A stretch of 32,000 bases of DNA from Cylindrospermopsis raciborskii Cr2010 (GTDB lineage: Bacteria > Cyanobacteriota > Cyanobacteriia > Cyanobacteriales > Nostocaceae), in assembly GCF_003367075.2 (NCBI RefSeq), contig NZ_CP065936.1, forward strand, positions 720,001 to 752,000, given 5' to 3'. The notes beneath the pieces were generated by a model. The model had not been told where the DNA came from. It saw only the letters and a list, made by a program, of their open reading frames with translations, and searched no databases. Positions 9,585 to 18,825 of the stretch are shown one piece after another. Position numbers and translations under genes: made by a program. Position 1 is the stretch's first letter; each line of letters opens with the position of its first letter.

Positions 9585-11412
9585 TTTGGGTCTGATAATA
9601 TTGCCAAAATTTACCTTGTTGTTGAATCAGATCTTGGTATGAACCCTGTTCCATAATTTTTCCCTGTTCAATGACCACAACTTTATCAGCTTTAGCCACT
9701 GTAGAAAGACGATGGGCAATAACAATTACTGTTCGCCCAATAGTGAATTTATCTAACAACTCTTGAATTACCTGCTCTGTAATTGCATCCAATGCACTAG
9801 TTGGCTCGTCTAAAATAAGGATTTCAGGATTTCTCACTAAAGCTCGAGCAATGGCAATTCTCTGTTGTTGTCCTCCAGATAATTGCATGCCATCAGCACC
9901 AATTATGGTATCAAAACCTTGAGGTAATTTTTGAATAAATTCAAGAGCATTGGCTAACCGTGCAGCTTCAATAATTTCTTCCTCGGTGGCCAGGGGTGTA
10001 CCATAGGCAATATTATGACGAATTGAAGTGTTAAAAATAAAACTTTTTTGACCAACTATAGCCATTTTCCAACGCAGAGAGTTGATTTCAAATTTTTGGA
10101 AATCTAACCCATCTAACAAAATTCTCCCGTTAGTTGGTTCATGGAATCTAGCAAGTAAGTCAGCTAATGTGGTTTTGCCACCACCTGATGCACCAACTAG
10201 GGCAGTCATTTTACCTTTTTCTATTGTCAAGGTGATATCTTTGAGAACTAAATGATTGGGTTCATAACCAAAATTTACAGCCTGTATGTCTATAGCTTTT
10301 TGAATTCCACCAAATTCAAGATAGCCATTTTTAAAATAGGCCTTATTTTCAGATTTCAATAAATCTTTGATATTTTCTACCGCACCAGCTTGAGTATTTA
10401 AGAATGCTAAAACTCCGTTAACATCTTGAATCATTGGTACCAAACGAAACAGTACGAAAAAGAAAGTCAGGAGGTTAGAAATTGGCATTAAATCTACAAC
10501 TACAGCCACGCAAATGATACCAACTAAAATCAGAGTTGATATACTATCCGCCAGGGGTTTAACTATCAGGGAAATCCAATAAACTCTACGCCAAGATTTA
10601 ACAATGTTGGCGCTGGCTTCAAAGTATCTTTGCCGTTCAAACTGTTGTGTACAAAAAGCATGAACTACACGAATACCATCCAAAAACTCCAGCACTCTAG
10701 TGGTAAAAATATCATTGGCTTTAGTAATCTCGAAACTGCGTTCCCTAATATGTTTATTTAGTGTCGATAGTCCTAAGGCTAAAAAGCTAAATAAGAAAAT
10801 AGACAAGATGGAAAGATGCCAGGATAAAACAAATAGGGAAATTGAGTAAACTGCTAAAGTAAGACTTTTAGTGACTAAAAAAGCCAATCCTCCAAAAATC
10901 TGTCTAATTCTCTCCATTTCATTGGTGAGAGTATTAATCAATTCTCCAGAGCTTTTTTTAGAAAAGTAACCCAGAGTTTGTGTACTCAATTGCTCAAAGA
11001 TGCGTTTGCGCAAGTTATCTACTAAATTAATCTCACTAAACTGAATACATAATTGTCCTACATAGTTAAATAATGCCCGTACACAGGTAGTAATTACAAT
11101 GAGAGAGGATATGCGATATAATCGTTCTATTACTGGGGTATTAACTCCTAAAATAAAAATATCAACCCAATCAATTCCCGTTTTTACAGGTGCAGCAGAA
11201 GGAGTGGTTAAACTCTGTAGAAATACCAACAAAAAACCTAAACCAAACCCCTCGAAACTAGCAGCAAGAGCTGAAAAAAATATGGCACCAATGGCCATCA
11301 AGCGAAAATGCTGGAACTCTTTGAGAATTAATTTATGGTTTTGCCAAAAACTTGCACTTTGCAAGATTTCGAGAGGGAGACTAGCAAGTTTAAGGTGCAT
11401 AGGAATTATCAA
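9571..11412 (-). CDS. hepA: HepA-like ABC exporter (TM domain fused to NBD), heterocyst envelope polysaccharide
   Basis: N-terminal six-TM exporter domain; Walker A GASGGGKTTLADLLA; signature LSGGQQQRIAIARALV; Walker B EILILDEPTSALD. Its position in a HEP-island-like order downstream of a HepC homologue supports the hepA name. Confidence 0.85.
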   Translation of the reverse strand: MIIPMHLKLASLPLEILQSASFWQNHKLILKEFQHFRLMAIGAIFFSALAASFEGFGLGFLLVFLQSLTTPSAAPVKTGIDWVDIFILGVNTPVIERLYRISSLIVITTCVRALFNYVGQLCIQFSEINLVDNLRKRIFEQLSTQTLGYFSKKSSGELINTLTNEMERIRQIFGGLAFLVTKSLTLAVYSISLFVLSWHLSILSIFLFSFLALGLSTLNKHIRERSFEITKANDIFTTRVLEFLDGIRVVHAFCTQQFERQRYFEASANIVKSWRRVYWISLIVKPLADSISTLILVGIICVAVVVDLMPISNLLTFFFVLFRLVPMIQDVNGVLAFLNTQAGAVENIKDLLKSENKAYFKNGYLEFGGIQKAIDIQAVNFGYEPNHLVLKDITLTIEKGKMTALVGASGGGKTTLADLLARFHEPTNGRILLDGLDFQKFEINSLRWKMAIVGQKSFIFNTSIRHNIAYGTPLATEEEIIEAARLANALEFIQKLPQGFDTIIGADGMQLSGGQQQRIAIARALVRNPEILILDEPTSALDAITEQVIQELLDKFTIGRTVIVIAHRLSTVAKADKVVVIEQGKIMEQGSYQDLIQQQGKFWQYYQTQNDIR

Positions 11413-11445
11413 TAGTAATAGAATTAATCACAATCAAGAGAAAAA

Positions 11446-12390
11446 TTACATAGGAGCACGACGGATAAAACGACCAATAGCTGAACCAAGTAAAATCTCC
11501 AAATTTTGCTGCATTAATTTGGCATTGGAATAAAGTTTAATAGGTGTATAACTGTGTTTCCAATACAATTTATCTGTGATGCTAGGAGCACTACCCAACA
11601 AAGCACTCAGCATCAACTTCTTACGCCAAGGCTTGATATTTGGTACCGTCGCATGAGACATAATAGTACCACCAGGAATAAAATCCATACCGTCAGGTCC
11701 AACCGTACTTAAAGGATAATTATTTAACATTAAAGCTAAATTCAAGTAGGTTTGATCTCCATATAAATAGGGAGGAAAATTAAAAGTACGACTCCCGTAT
11801 AGATCCGTTAGGTCGCTATAACCCAATTTCTCACCTATTTCTTGCAAATTTTGCCAAGTAGTCAGAACTGATTGATATTGCTTGGGTATGCCAATAAACC
11901 CACTATTATAGTGATAATCTAATTGACGTTCACAAATAAAACCATTACTTTCGGCGAATTCTTTCCATGCTAGTCTTCGGGGATGATTAGCAGGAACCAA
12001 ATACCAGGAGTCACCACAAATGGCAATCCCCCGACTAACCCAGTTTTCATAAAAGTTCCATTTACACTTATTGACTATATCAGGATCAAAGTAAAATAAT
12101 GCCTCCATATCACAACAGTATTTTTGCCATAGTAGAGACATAAAATCAGGTTTGTAAAAACCTAGATGTTTATTGGTTTTTACCTCTATAAATCTGATGG
12201 CACAATCTGGAGACACAGTAAACTCTTCGTAACCTGCTCCTGTTTTTAAATACTTCGCCCAACTTGGTAATTTACCACGATAGCCAGCCCAGCATATTCC
12301 TTTAAAACCATGATGGTGTAATGAGTTGACCAACGCGCCTACACCATAGTGGTAGTCTTTTTCAAATACGGTACAAATAGCGGTTTTCAT
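11446..12390 (-). CDS. Putative glycosyltransferase (GT8/nucleotide-diphospho-sugar-transferase-like)
   Basis: MKTAICTVFEKDYHYGVGALVNSLHHHGFKG resembles the GT8-like N-terminus; CDMEALFYFDPDIVNKC contains a DxD-like FDPDI; YLYGDQTYLNLAL and GTIMSHAT follow. Remote assignment by eye. Confidence 0.6.
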   Translation of the reverse strand: MKTAICTVFEKDYHYGVGALVNSLHHHGFKGICWAGYRGKLPSWAKYLKTGAGYEEFTVSPDCAIRFIEVKTNKHLGFYKPDFMSLLWQKYCCDMEALFYFDPDIVNKCKWNFYENWVSRGIAICGDSWYLVPANHPRRLAWKEFAESNGFICERQLDYHYNSGFIGIPKQYQSVLTTWQNLQEIGEKLGYSDLTDLYGSRTFNFPPYLYGDQTYLNLALMLNNYPLSTVGPDGMDFIPGGTIMSHATVPNIKPWRKKLMLSALLGSAPSITDKLYWKHSYTPIKLYSNAKLMQQNLEILLGSAIGRFIRRAPM

Positions 12391-12465
12391 TTTTTGTTGC
12401 CCTTGTTAGCTGTTGTTAATTATGTGAACTTTCATGGGTTATTAGCAACCCTGGGCTAGGTTTGT

Positions 12466-13110
12466 CTAAAGCTTGGAGTGTCTGGAGTTAAATAAACTAG
12501 TTTCACCCCGCAAGATATTGAATAGCTCTGGCAATCTATGTAATCTTAACTTCGTCATTCCTAGGCTCGAAATCGGAAGATTTTGTTGAAGATTATGATC
12601 AAAATTTACCAAACGAAATAATTTGCCCTTTTTGCCAATACACCATTCATACTTAAATATTGATCCTGGCGATTTCAATAACATTAATAAGACTATAACT
12701 GCTATTAAAGGACTAAATAAAGATAAGAAGAACAATGCCAAAAATATGTTTATTGTTCTCTCTAATATCCCCAATATATCATCACCTATGGTAAGAGGTT
12801 GATTTTTATTAACAGGACGTATAAATATTGGTTTATTAGCCTTCTCACAAGCATTTGCCCAAAATTTTAATGTGGAGTTTCCCAGTTTGGAATCTATAGT
12901 TACTAAATTAACTGTGGAATGTTTTAGACAGTTAATCAACTGTTGTTCATTGTTTAGGGAAGGTAAATGTATTGGTGAGGAATTTCGGGAGGATGTAACT
13001 AATAACTGATCCCTACGCCATTTAAGAGAGTAAGATGGAAAAGCAAAATTTTCAGATAGGTCAGATAGAACACCAGATTGCTGTAAACTAGGAAAAATAG
13101 AAGTTGTCAT
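12466..13110 (-). CDS. hepC: HepC-like bacterial sugar transferase (polyprenyl-phosphate hexose-1-phosphate transferase fold, divergent)
   Basis: One TM followed by a remnant sugar-transferase domain: LERTINIFLALFFLSLFSPLIAVIVLLMLLKSPGSIFKYEWCIGKKGKLFRLVNF...KLRLHRLPELFNILRGETSLFNSR. Adjacent to the hepA region. Confidence 0.75.
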   Translation of the reverse strand: MTTSIFPSLQQSGVLSDLSENFAFPSYSLKWRRDQLLVTSSRNSSPIHLPSLNNEQQLINCLKHSTVNLVTIDSKLGNSTLKFWANACEKANKPIFIRPVNKNQPLTIGDDILGILERTINIFLALFFLSLFSPLIAVIVLLMLLKSPGSIFKYEWCIGKKGKLFRLVNFDHNLQQNLPISSLGMTKLRLHRLPELFNILRGETSLFNSRHSKL

Positions 13111-13228
13111 TGTCGTGTTTTTCCTCTCTCTATATTTTCTATAATAGAATAAGATGGTCAGTTGATTTTTGAACTCATGAATTCTTTATTTATTCTTGAC
13201 TAACTCTTGATTAATTCCTTAAATATAA

Positions 13229-13309
13229 GGAGGCACAATTATTTGTAGGATGGGTTAGCGGTAGGGTAACCCATGGGTGCGTTGATCTTATATTTAATTC
13301 CACTCATCC
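13229..13309 (-). repeat. MITE-like/dispersed hairpin repeat, copy 2 (inverted relative to copy 1)
   Basis: Reverse complement reads TGAGTGGAATTAAATATAAGATCAACGCACCCATGGGTTACCCTACCGCTAACCCATCCTACAAATAATTGTGCCTCC, near-identical to 492-598 but lacking its first hairpin. Stem: ATGGGTTA(13250-13257)/TAACCCAT(13267-13274). Confidence 0.75.
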
Positions 13310-13350
13310 ACTTATAGAACAACAGAAAGTTCCCCGTTTCCTCAGAATAA

Positions 13351-15597
13351 TTATTTTTCCACAAATTCTTTTAGAGCTAATGCTTGTGGTTTGATATATG
13401 GAACATAAGTGCTTTCAGAGTCAGATACCCCGTTAGCTACAACGCCAATAAGATTTAACTTGCTCAACATAGATGTAGCCTGGGCTAGATGATTATGTGT
13501 CACTTTACCAATGCTAGCAACCATAACTACACTTCGACAGGAAGAACCTGTAATTATTGCATCTACCATACCCAACACTGAAGGTGCATCTATGAGCACT
13601 AAATCATAATTTTCTTCAAACATGGTAATTATTTCCCTCATACGTGGAGAGCTTAAAAGATGTGCTGGGTCTGCAGGTATAGGACCAGCAGTTAAAATAT
13701 CAATGTAAGCTGAACCTGAGTAGGAAATTCCTATTTGATCGGGTATGTTTGCATCATTAGCTAACAGAGTTGATAGACCCTGTTCATTCGGTAGATTTAA
13801 CTGCTTATGTAAATTTGGGTCTCGTAAATTGGCATCAATTAGGAGCACTCTTTTATGTAGACGTGCTGCACTCATAGCTAAACCTAAGGTTAAAGATGAC
13901 TTACTGATATCTGGTAATGCTGAAGTTACCATTAAGGATTTTAAATCGGACTTGCTGTGGAGCAATTCGATATTTTTATAAATCAAATCTAGGGACTCCC
14001 ACCCAGGAGAAGATTGTAAAACCTGAATTGTCCAGGGAGCTAAAACATCCGGTTTACCAAAAGGCAATTTAATGACGGATTCCTTACCTTTTGCTGATGG
14101 TAATTTTGGTGTTGTTCCCAATAAAGGTAATGCTAATTGTTTTTGCAATTGGGCGGTAGTATGCACCGCATCATCTGATGACTCACGGATAAAAGCAGCA
14201 ACTCCACCTAAGATAAATCCTACAATTGCACCCAGTAATAAATTTTGTGAAAGATTGGGTCCTAATTTAACGCCCATTTTTGGTTCTTCTACTACTTGCC
14301 AATTAAATCCACCTTTAGACAATTCTTGACGCAATTGCTGTTCTGCTCTTAGCAATTGTTCCATTCTTTCTCGACTAAATTTTAGTTGGGGAATGATCCG
14401 ATTGTAGTAGGATAATAGAGAAGGAAACCGTTTTAACTGCAATTGGAGTTGACTTTCTTTCTGAGCTAAGGTCTGATCTCTAGCGCTCAGTGCCACAATA
14501 TTAGTTTGAGTGGTTACCAATTCACTGGTTAAGTTCAGATCAATTTGTCCTAGTTGTCCTTGTTCTAACAAATTTTCTCCGAAATTTAAGGAATTATTAT
14601 TCTCACCTAGAGTTCTGCTTACCTCTTTTTGTAAAAGTCCTTTTTGATCTTGCAGTTGTTGATTTAGTTTCTGTACGTTAGGAGTATCATCGGTAAAACG
14701 CAATCGCTCTTGAGCTAAAGCCAACTCTGTTTTCTGAATTTCATTGAGCAAACCTTGGTAGCGCGTAGACTGACTCAAACGAGAAGAAACTAAAGCATTT
14801 TGTGGTGAGCGATTCAGTTGTTGTTGCAAGGATTTTTGCTTAGCTATGGCTTCTTGGTATAGAGAATGAGTGGTTTGTCTTTCCTTGCGAATACTATTTA
14901 AAGTTTCTTCAATTGCTTTTGCTTCTAACTCCGGATCAATCAAATTCTGATTGCGGCGAAATCGTTGTAAATTAGCCTCTGACGCGTTCACTTCGTCAGT
15001 TGCTTTATTTAGCTGTTCTCTAATAATTTGTAGACCTTTTTGTAACCGAATATCCTGTTGATTTTTATTGTACTCAAGATACACTTGCTGAATAGCAGTC
15101 AGAACCTTTTGGGTTTTATATGGATCATCACTGATATAATCAATTTGAAAAATTTTCGTGGCAATATTATCTTCAGAGGTCTTAATCTGAGTCGCAACTA
15201 AGGATTTTTTAAGTTCCTCTGTAGTGATATCCGGATATTCGGACTTAAGCCGAGTCACTGCTTTTTGTAAAAGTGCAGAACTCCTCATTAAATTTAACTG
15301 GGTCGCTGTGTCAATAACAATGTTAGATTCAGTGAAATCCGTTCCCAATTTATCTTCCTTTTCCCTTCCTTGGTAGTTAGGTTCTATCAATAACTGGAGG
15401 GTACTTTGGAAAGTTGGTTGAGTTTTTGCAGTGATAATTCCAGCTACTGCTGTGGAAGTTAAAAGTACTAATAGAACCCAAGGAAATCTTCTAATAAATA
15501 CAGACAACATTTGTCCATAGCTTGCTTCTGAATCTGCTGAAGTATTTAGAGGTGAGTTTAAACTAGTTTGAAGCACTGTAATTATCCTTCTATACAA
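13351..15597 (-). CDS. Wzc-like chain-length/BY-kinase family protein with degenerate P-loop
   Basis: N-terminal Wzz-like domain (FPWVLLVLLTSTAVAGIITAKTQPTFQSTLQLLIEP), coiled-coil, RLPSLLSYYN-type region, and C-terminal CpsD-like domain (RVLLIDANLRDPNLH; YDLVLIDAPSVLGMVDA). Walker A is altered to SALPDISKSS. Confidence 0.85.
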   Translation of the reverse strand: MYRRIITVLQTSLNSPLNTSADSEASYGQMLSVFIRRFPWVLLVLLTSTAVAGIITAKTQPTFQSTLQLLIEPNYQGREKEDKLGTDFTESNIVIDTATQLNLMRSSALLQKAVTRLKSEYPDITTEELKKSLVATQIKTSEDNIATKIFQIDYISDDPYKTQKVLTAIQQVYLEYNKNQQDIRLQKGLQIIREQLNKATDEVNASEANLQRFRRNQNLIDPELEAKAIEETLNSIRKERQTTHSLYQEAIAKQKSLQQQLNRSPQNALVSSRLSQSTRYQGLLNEIQKTELALAQERLRFTDDTPNVQKLNQQLQDQKGLLQKEVSRTLGENNNSLNFGENLLEQGQLGQIDLNLTSELVTTQTNIVALSARDQTLAQKESQLQLQLKRFPSLLSYYNRIIPQLKFSRERMEQLLRAEQQLRQELSKGGFNWQVVEEPKMGVKLGPNLSQNLLLGAIVGFILGGVAAFIRESSDDAVHTTAQLQKQLALPLLGTTPKLPSAKGKESVIKLPFGKPDVLAPWTIQVLQSSPGWESLDLIYKNIELLHSKSDLKSLMVTSALPDISKSSLTLGLAMSAARLHKRVLLIDANLRDPNLHKQLNLPNEQGLSTLLANDANIPDQIGISYSGSAYIDILTAGPIPADPAHLLSSPRMREIITMFEENYDLVLIDAPSVLGMVDAIITGSSCRSVVMVASIGKVTHNHLAQATSMLSKLNLIGVVANGVSDSESTYVPYIKPQALALKEFVEK

Positions 15598-15670
15598 GAG
15601 ACTATAGACTAAAAATTCGAATCATTGACGAAAGTATTAAAATTTGGGGGTGCTATACCCCTTCATTCCA

Positions 15671-16762
15671 TCAGTGATGTATACCGGAGTTTTTCATGAC
15701 AATCTCCTCTATCTTTTGAAAAAACACTGATTCTGAGAAGTTGTTAACAGCGTGATTGCGAATGCTTTGATAATTCCAAGCTATTTCCTTGGCCCGAAAT
15801 AATCCTGTCTGTAGAGAGTCAGCTGATTGTCTGTTAAAAAACACTCCAGTTTTTCCAGGTATTTGAGTGTCTAAAACACCCCCTGCACCATAAGCAATCA
15901 CTGGAGTTCCACTGGCATTCGCTTCTACTGGCACTAATCCATAGTCTTCCAATGCTGCAACAATAATGGACTTAGCTCTAGAAAATAGGTCCTTACGCTT
16001 AACGTCGCTCACATGACCTAAAAATTGAATATTATCTAGTGCTTTGGATTTTAACCTTTGTAGTTCTGGTCCGTCACCTGATATTAATAAAGGCCAACCT
16101 AACCAGTTAAAAGCCTCGACTATGATATCAAAACGTTTATAACTTATCATCCTAGCAGATGCCAAGTAGTAGTCATCTTTTATTTCAGAAAAAACAAAAT
16201 TATTGGTATCAATTGGATAATTGACTACCATTGCTTCCTTGCCATATATTTGTTGTATACGTTTGGCAACAACGCTGGAATTGGCAATGTATAAATCTGG
16301 TTCCTGGGAGTATTTCAGATCCACATTTCTCATCATAGCAAATATTTTTTCTATTACTGGAGCAAAGTAACGATAATCTCCATACTCCCGTAAATAAGTT
16401 TGTGTATCCCATAAAAATCTAGTTACATTGTGACAGAAGCAAATGTGTTGAGCTTCCTTTTTTTTACGAACCGCTTTGGCAAAGCTCGTACTGCTACTAA
16501 TAATTAAATCATAGTCTTGTAAATCCAGGGAACGGAAAGCTGGAAAGTATAACGGGGCTATAAGTCGAAAATATTTCTTAGCCCCAGGAATGCTTTGTAA
16601 AAAAGTAGTTTTAACTATCCGATCGCCTAAGTCAATAGTTTTTTGGGCATCATATACAGATGTAAAAATATCCGCTTCGGGGTAGTATTTGCAAAGCAAT
16701 TCAAATACTCGCTCTGCTCCACCGCGCTGGGTTAAATAGTCATGGACTAGAGCAATTTTCAT
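15671..16762 (-). CDS. Family-4 glycosyltransferase
   Basis: [76 protein letters not shown]-type motif ([31 protein letters not shown]). Confidence 0.93.
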   Translation of the reverse strand: [363 protein letters not shown]

Positions 16763-16772
16763 TGTTTGAATA

Positions 16773-16800
16773 GGGGGGAGGGGGAATAGGGAGTATTGGG
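16773..16800 (+). other. Potential G-quadruplex-forming G-rich tract
   Basis: GGGGGGAGGGGGAATAGGGAGTATTGGG: four G-runs of 3 or more with loops of 1, 4 and 6 nt, in the short intergenic space 16763-16823. Confidence 0.5.
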
Positions 16801-16823
16801 TCTCCCTATGACTGCTGGAAACT

Positions 16824-18143
16824 CTATCTAGCGATCGCTAAGGTTTTAACTGGGGAAAAATAGGCTGTTTGTTCAGCACGCAATCTATCACAAAGTCTAC
16901 CTGTAGGCAATTCGACATCGTTATAAGTGAGGACTTGATCTCGAGGAATATCTCGTATTAAACGACATCCTTGTGCTAGTCCCATGGGTAGTAAATTTTC
17001 CTGTTGCACAATGGAGGAATTTTCACATTGTCCATAGGTCATATAATAGCCAATACCATCAATTATTTCCCCTGCTTTTAAATCAATCTTGGCTGTGGCC
17101 ACCACATCAACTATAGGACCTGCTATGGGGGTTAAAACTGCATCATGTAATAACACTGCACGAGCTACAGAAATAGGAACTTCAAAATGACATAAGTGAT
17201 AGGGTGTATAGAAACTATAAAGAGGACCCTCGCCCAATTTATAGAGGTTCAAATAATGGCGTTGTTTGGGATCTTCGTGAGTAGCAAAAACAAATACTCC
17301 TGGACTGGGTTTTGCACCTACCACATAGTCTACAATTCCACCCAGTTCCCTAAGCTGATCTAGATCATACATTTTGGTCATTTCATCTACATGACCTGTA
17401 TATTCATATCCCAACATACCCCGCTTTGCTACCTTCATCCCCGTACCATTGGCTACAATTGCTTGCTCAAAGGAAATTTTTGTACCGTCAGCAAAACTTG
17501 TCACCATAGCTGGATTTTGTCCCCAACGTTGAGCAAAACCAGCTTGAGTGGTTGGATTGCGGTAGGGATCTTGTAATCCCTTAATATTTCCACATAATAG
17601 GGGGGTTAAACCAATGCTTTTAACAAAGCGATATAAATTCATTTCTACCCCTGGTTGATCCCCATCGCAAGCTGTGAAAACTACTCCAGCTCTATCAGCA
17701 TGAATTTTTAAAATCGGTCCCACTGTTCCATCTAGTTCCGCATTCATTAATATCACATGCTTTTGATGGGCGATCGCTCTGGTTACCAAATGAGCTGCAT
17801 ATTCTATGGTTCCAGTGACTTCAATAATTGCATCTATACCGTCTGCTTCACATAGCAACATGGCATCTTCGGTGATTGCATATCCATTTTGGGCGATGGA
17901 ATCTTCCAAATCTCCTAAATTATCCACAGTGCGGAAATTTTCGATTCCTGCTTCCAAATATGCTCGTTCTGCTGTTTGAATATGACGGTTAGCAATAGCT
18001 ACCAATTCCATTCCTGGAACAGAATTAATAATTTGATTAGCTATACCTCTCCCCATAAAACCAGCACCAATCATGGCAACTTTTACTGGTTTACCTAATT
18101 CAGCACGTGCTTGTAATGCTTGATCAACTATTATCATTTTCAA
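16824..18143 (-). CDS. NAD(P)-binding oxidoreductase, homoserine-dehydrogenase-like, with C-terminal SAF-like region
   Basis: PVKVAMIGAGFMGRGIANQII Rossmann motif; ADGIDAIIEVTGTIEYAA; C-terminal LKAGEIIDGIGYYMTYGQ...LLPMGLAQGCRLIRDIPRDQVLTYNDVELP typical of SAF domains. Confidence 0.8.
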   Translation of the reverse strand: MKMIIVDQALQARAELGKPVKVAMIGAGFMGRGIANQIINSVPGMELVAIANRHIQTAERAYLEAGIENFRTVDNLGDLEDSIAQNGYAITEDAMLLCEADGIDAIIEVTGTIEYAAHLVTRAIAHQKHVILMNAELDGTVGPILKIHADRAGVVFTACDGDQPGVEMNLYRFVKSIGLTPLLCGNIKGLQDPYRNPTTQAGFAQRWGQNPAMVTSFADGTKISFEQAIVANGTGMKVAKRGMLGYEYTGHVDEMTKMYDLDQLRELGGIVDYVVGAKPSPGVFVFATHEDPKQRHYLNLYKLGEGPLYSFYTPYHLCHFEVPISVARAVLLHDAVLTPIAGPIVDVVATAKIDLKAGEIIDGIGYYMTYGQCENSSIVQQENLLPMGLAQGCRLIRDIPRDQVLTYNDVELPTGRLCDRLRAEQTAYFSPVKTLAIAR

Positions 18144-18197
18144 CTCCCGGGAAACTCCGAATAATTTTTATACAAACTCTCAAAAAAGGTATGGGTA

Positions 18198-18812
18198 CTA
18201 GACACCTATTAACACAGATTCCAATAAAGGCCAACTAAGATCTTTCTGAGAAATTTCAGTCACATTCAAAGGCCAAACAATGTCTAAAATGGGATCATCA
18301 TAACGCAGACCTCGTTCATAACCAGGGGTGTAAAATTCACCAACTTGGTAAACAACTTCCGCGCCATCAGTTAGAGCTTGATACCCATGGGCAAACATTT
18401 CCGGTACATATAAAGCACGACGATTTGTTGCTGTTAGTTCGACGCCAATATATGATAGGTAGGTAGGAGATTCCGGACGCATATCCACAATCACATCATA
18501 AATTGCACCTTGAGTACAGCGAATTAATTTGGTTTCTGTTGCTGGTGTAATTTGGTAGTGCATTCCTCGCAGGGTGCCTTTTTGATGATTAAAAGATAAA
18601 TTACATTGGGCAACTGTTGGCTTTAAACCATGTTCAGCAAATTCTTGGGCGCAGAAAGTTCTGGCAAAAAAACCACGATGATCTGGTTTGTCTTCTAATT
18701 CGATAATGAAAGCACCAGCTAGACTTGTTTGGGTAAAAATCATATTTTTGAAAACTCTCGGTGAATTTGGATAAGCGAAAATGAAAACTTGATAGGGATG
18801 CTCTAACAACAC
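18198..18812 (-). CDS. rfbC: dTDP-4-dehydrorhamnose 3,5-epimerase (RmlC/RfbC) family
   Basis: LEDKPDHRGFFARTFCAQEFAEHGL; VAQCNLSFNHQKGTLRGMHYQI; IYDVIVDMRPESPTY; VPEMFAHGYQAL. The probable native start is MIFTQTSLAG at about 18743. Confidence 0.88.
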   Translation of the reverse strand: MLLEHPYQVFIFAYPNSPRVFKNMIFTQTSLAGAFIIELEDKPDHRGFFARTFCAQEFAEHGLKPTVAQCNLSFNHQKGTLRGMHYQITPATETKLIRCTQGAIYDVIVDMRPESPTYLSYIGVELTATNRRALYVPEMFAHGYQALTDGAEVVYQVGEFYTPGYERGLRYDDPILDIVWPLNVTEISQKDLSWPLLESVLIGV

Positions 18813-18825
18813 ACCCTAGAAAAAT

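Noticed and set aside
11099-11533. 144-aa plus-strand ORF antisense to the hepA start
   Set aside because: Mirror of coding sequence of the high-confidence ABC exporter, with no domain content. It is a typical shadow ORF.
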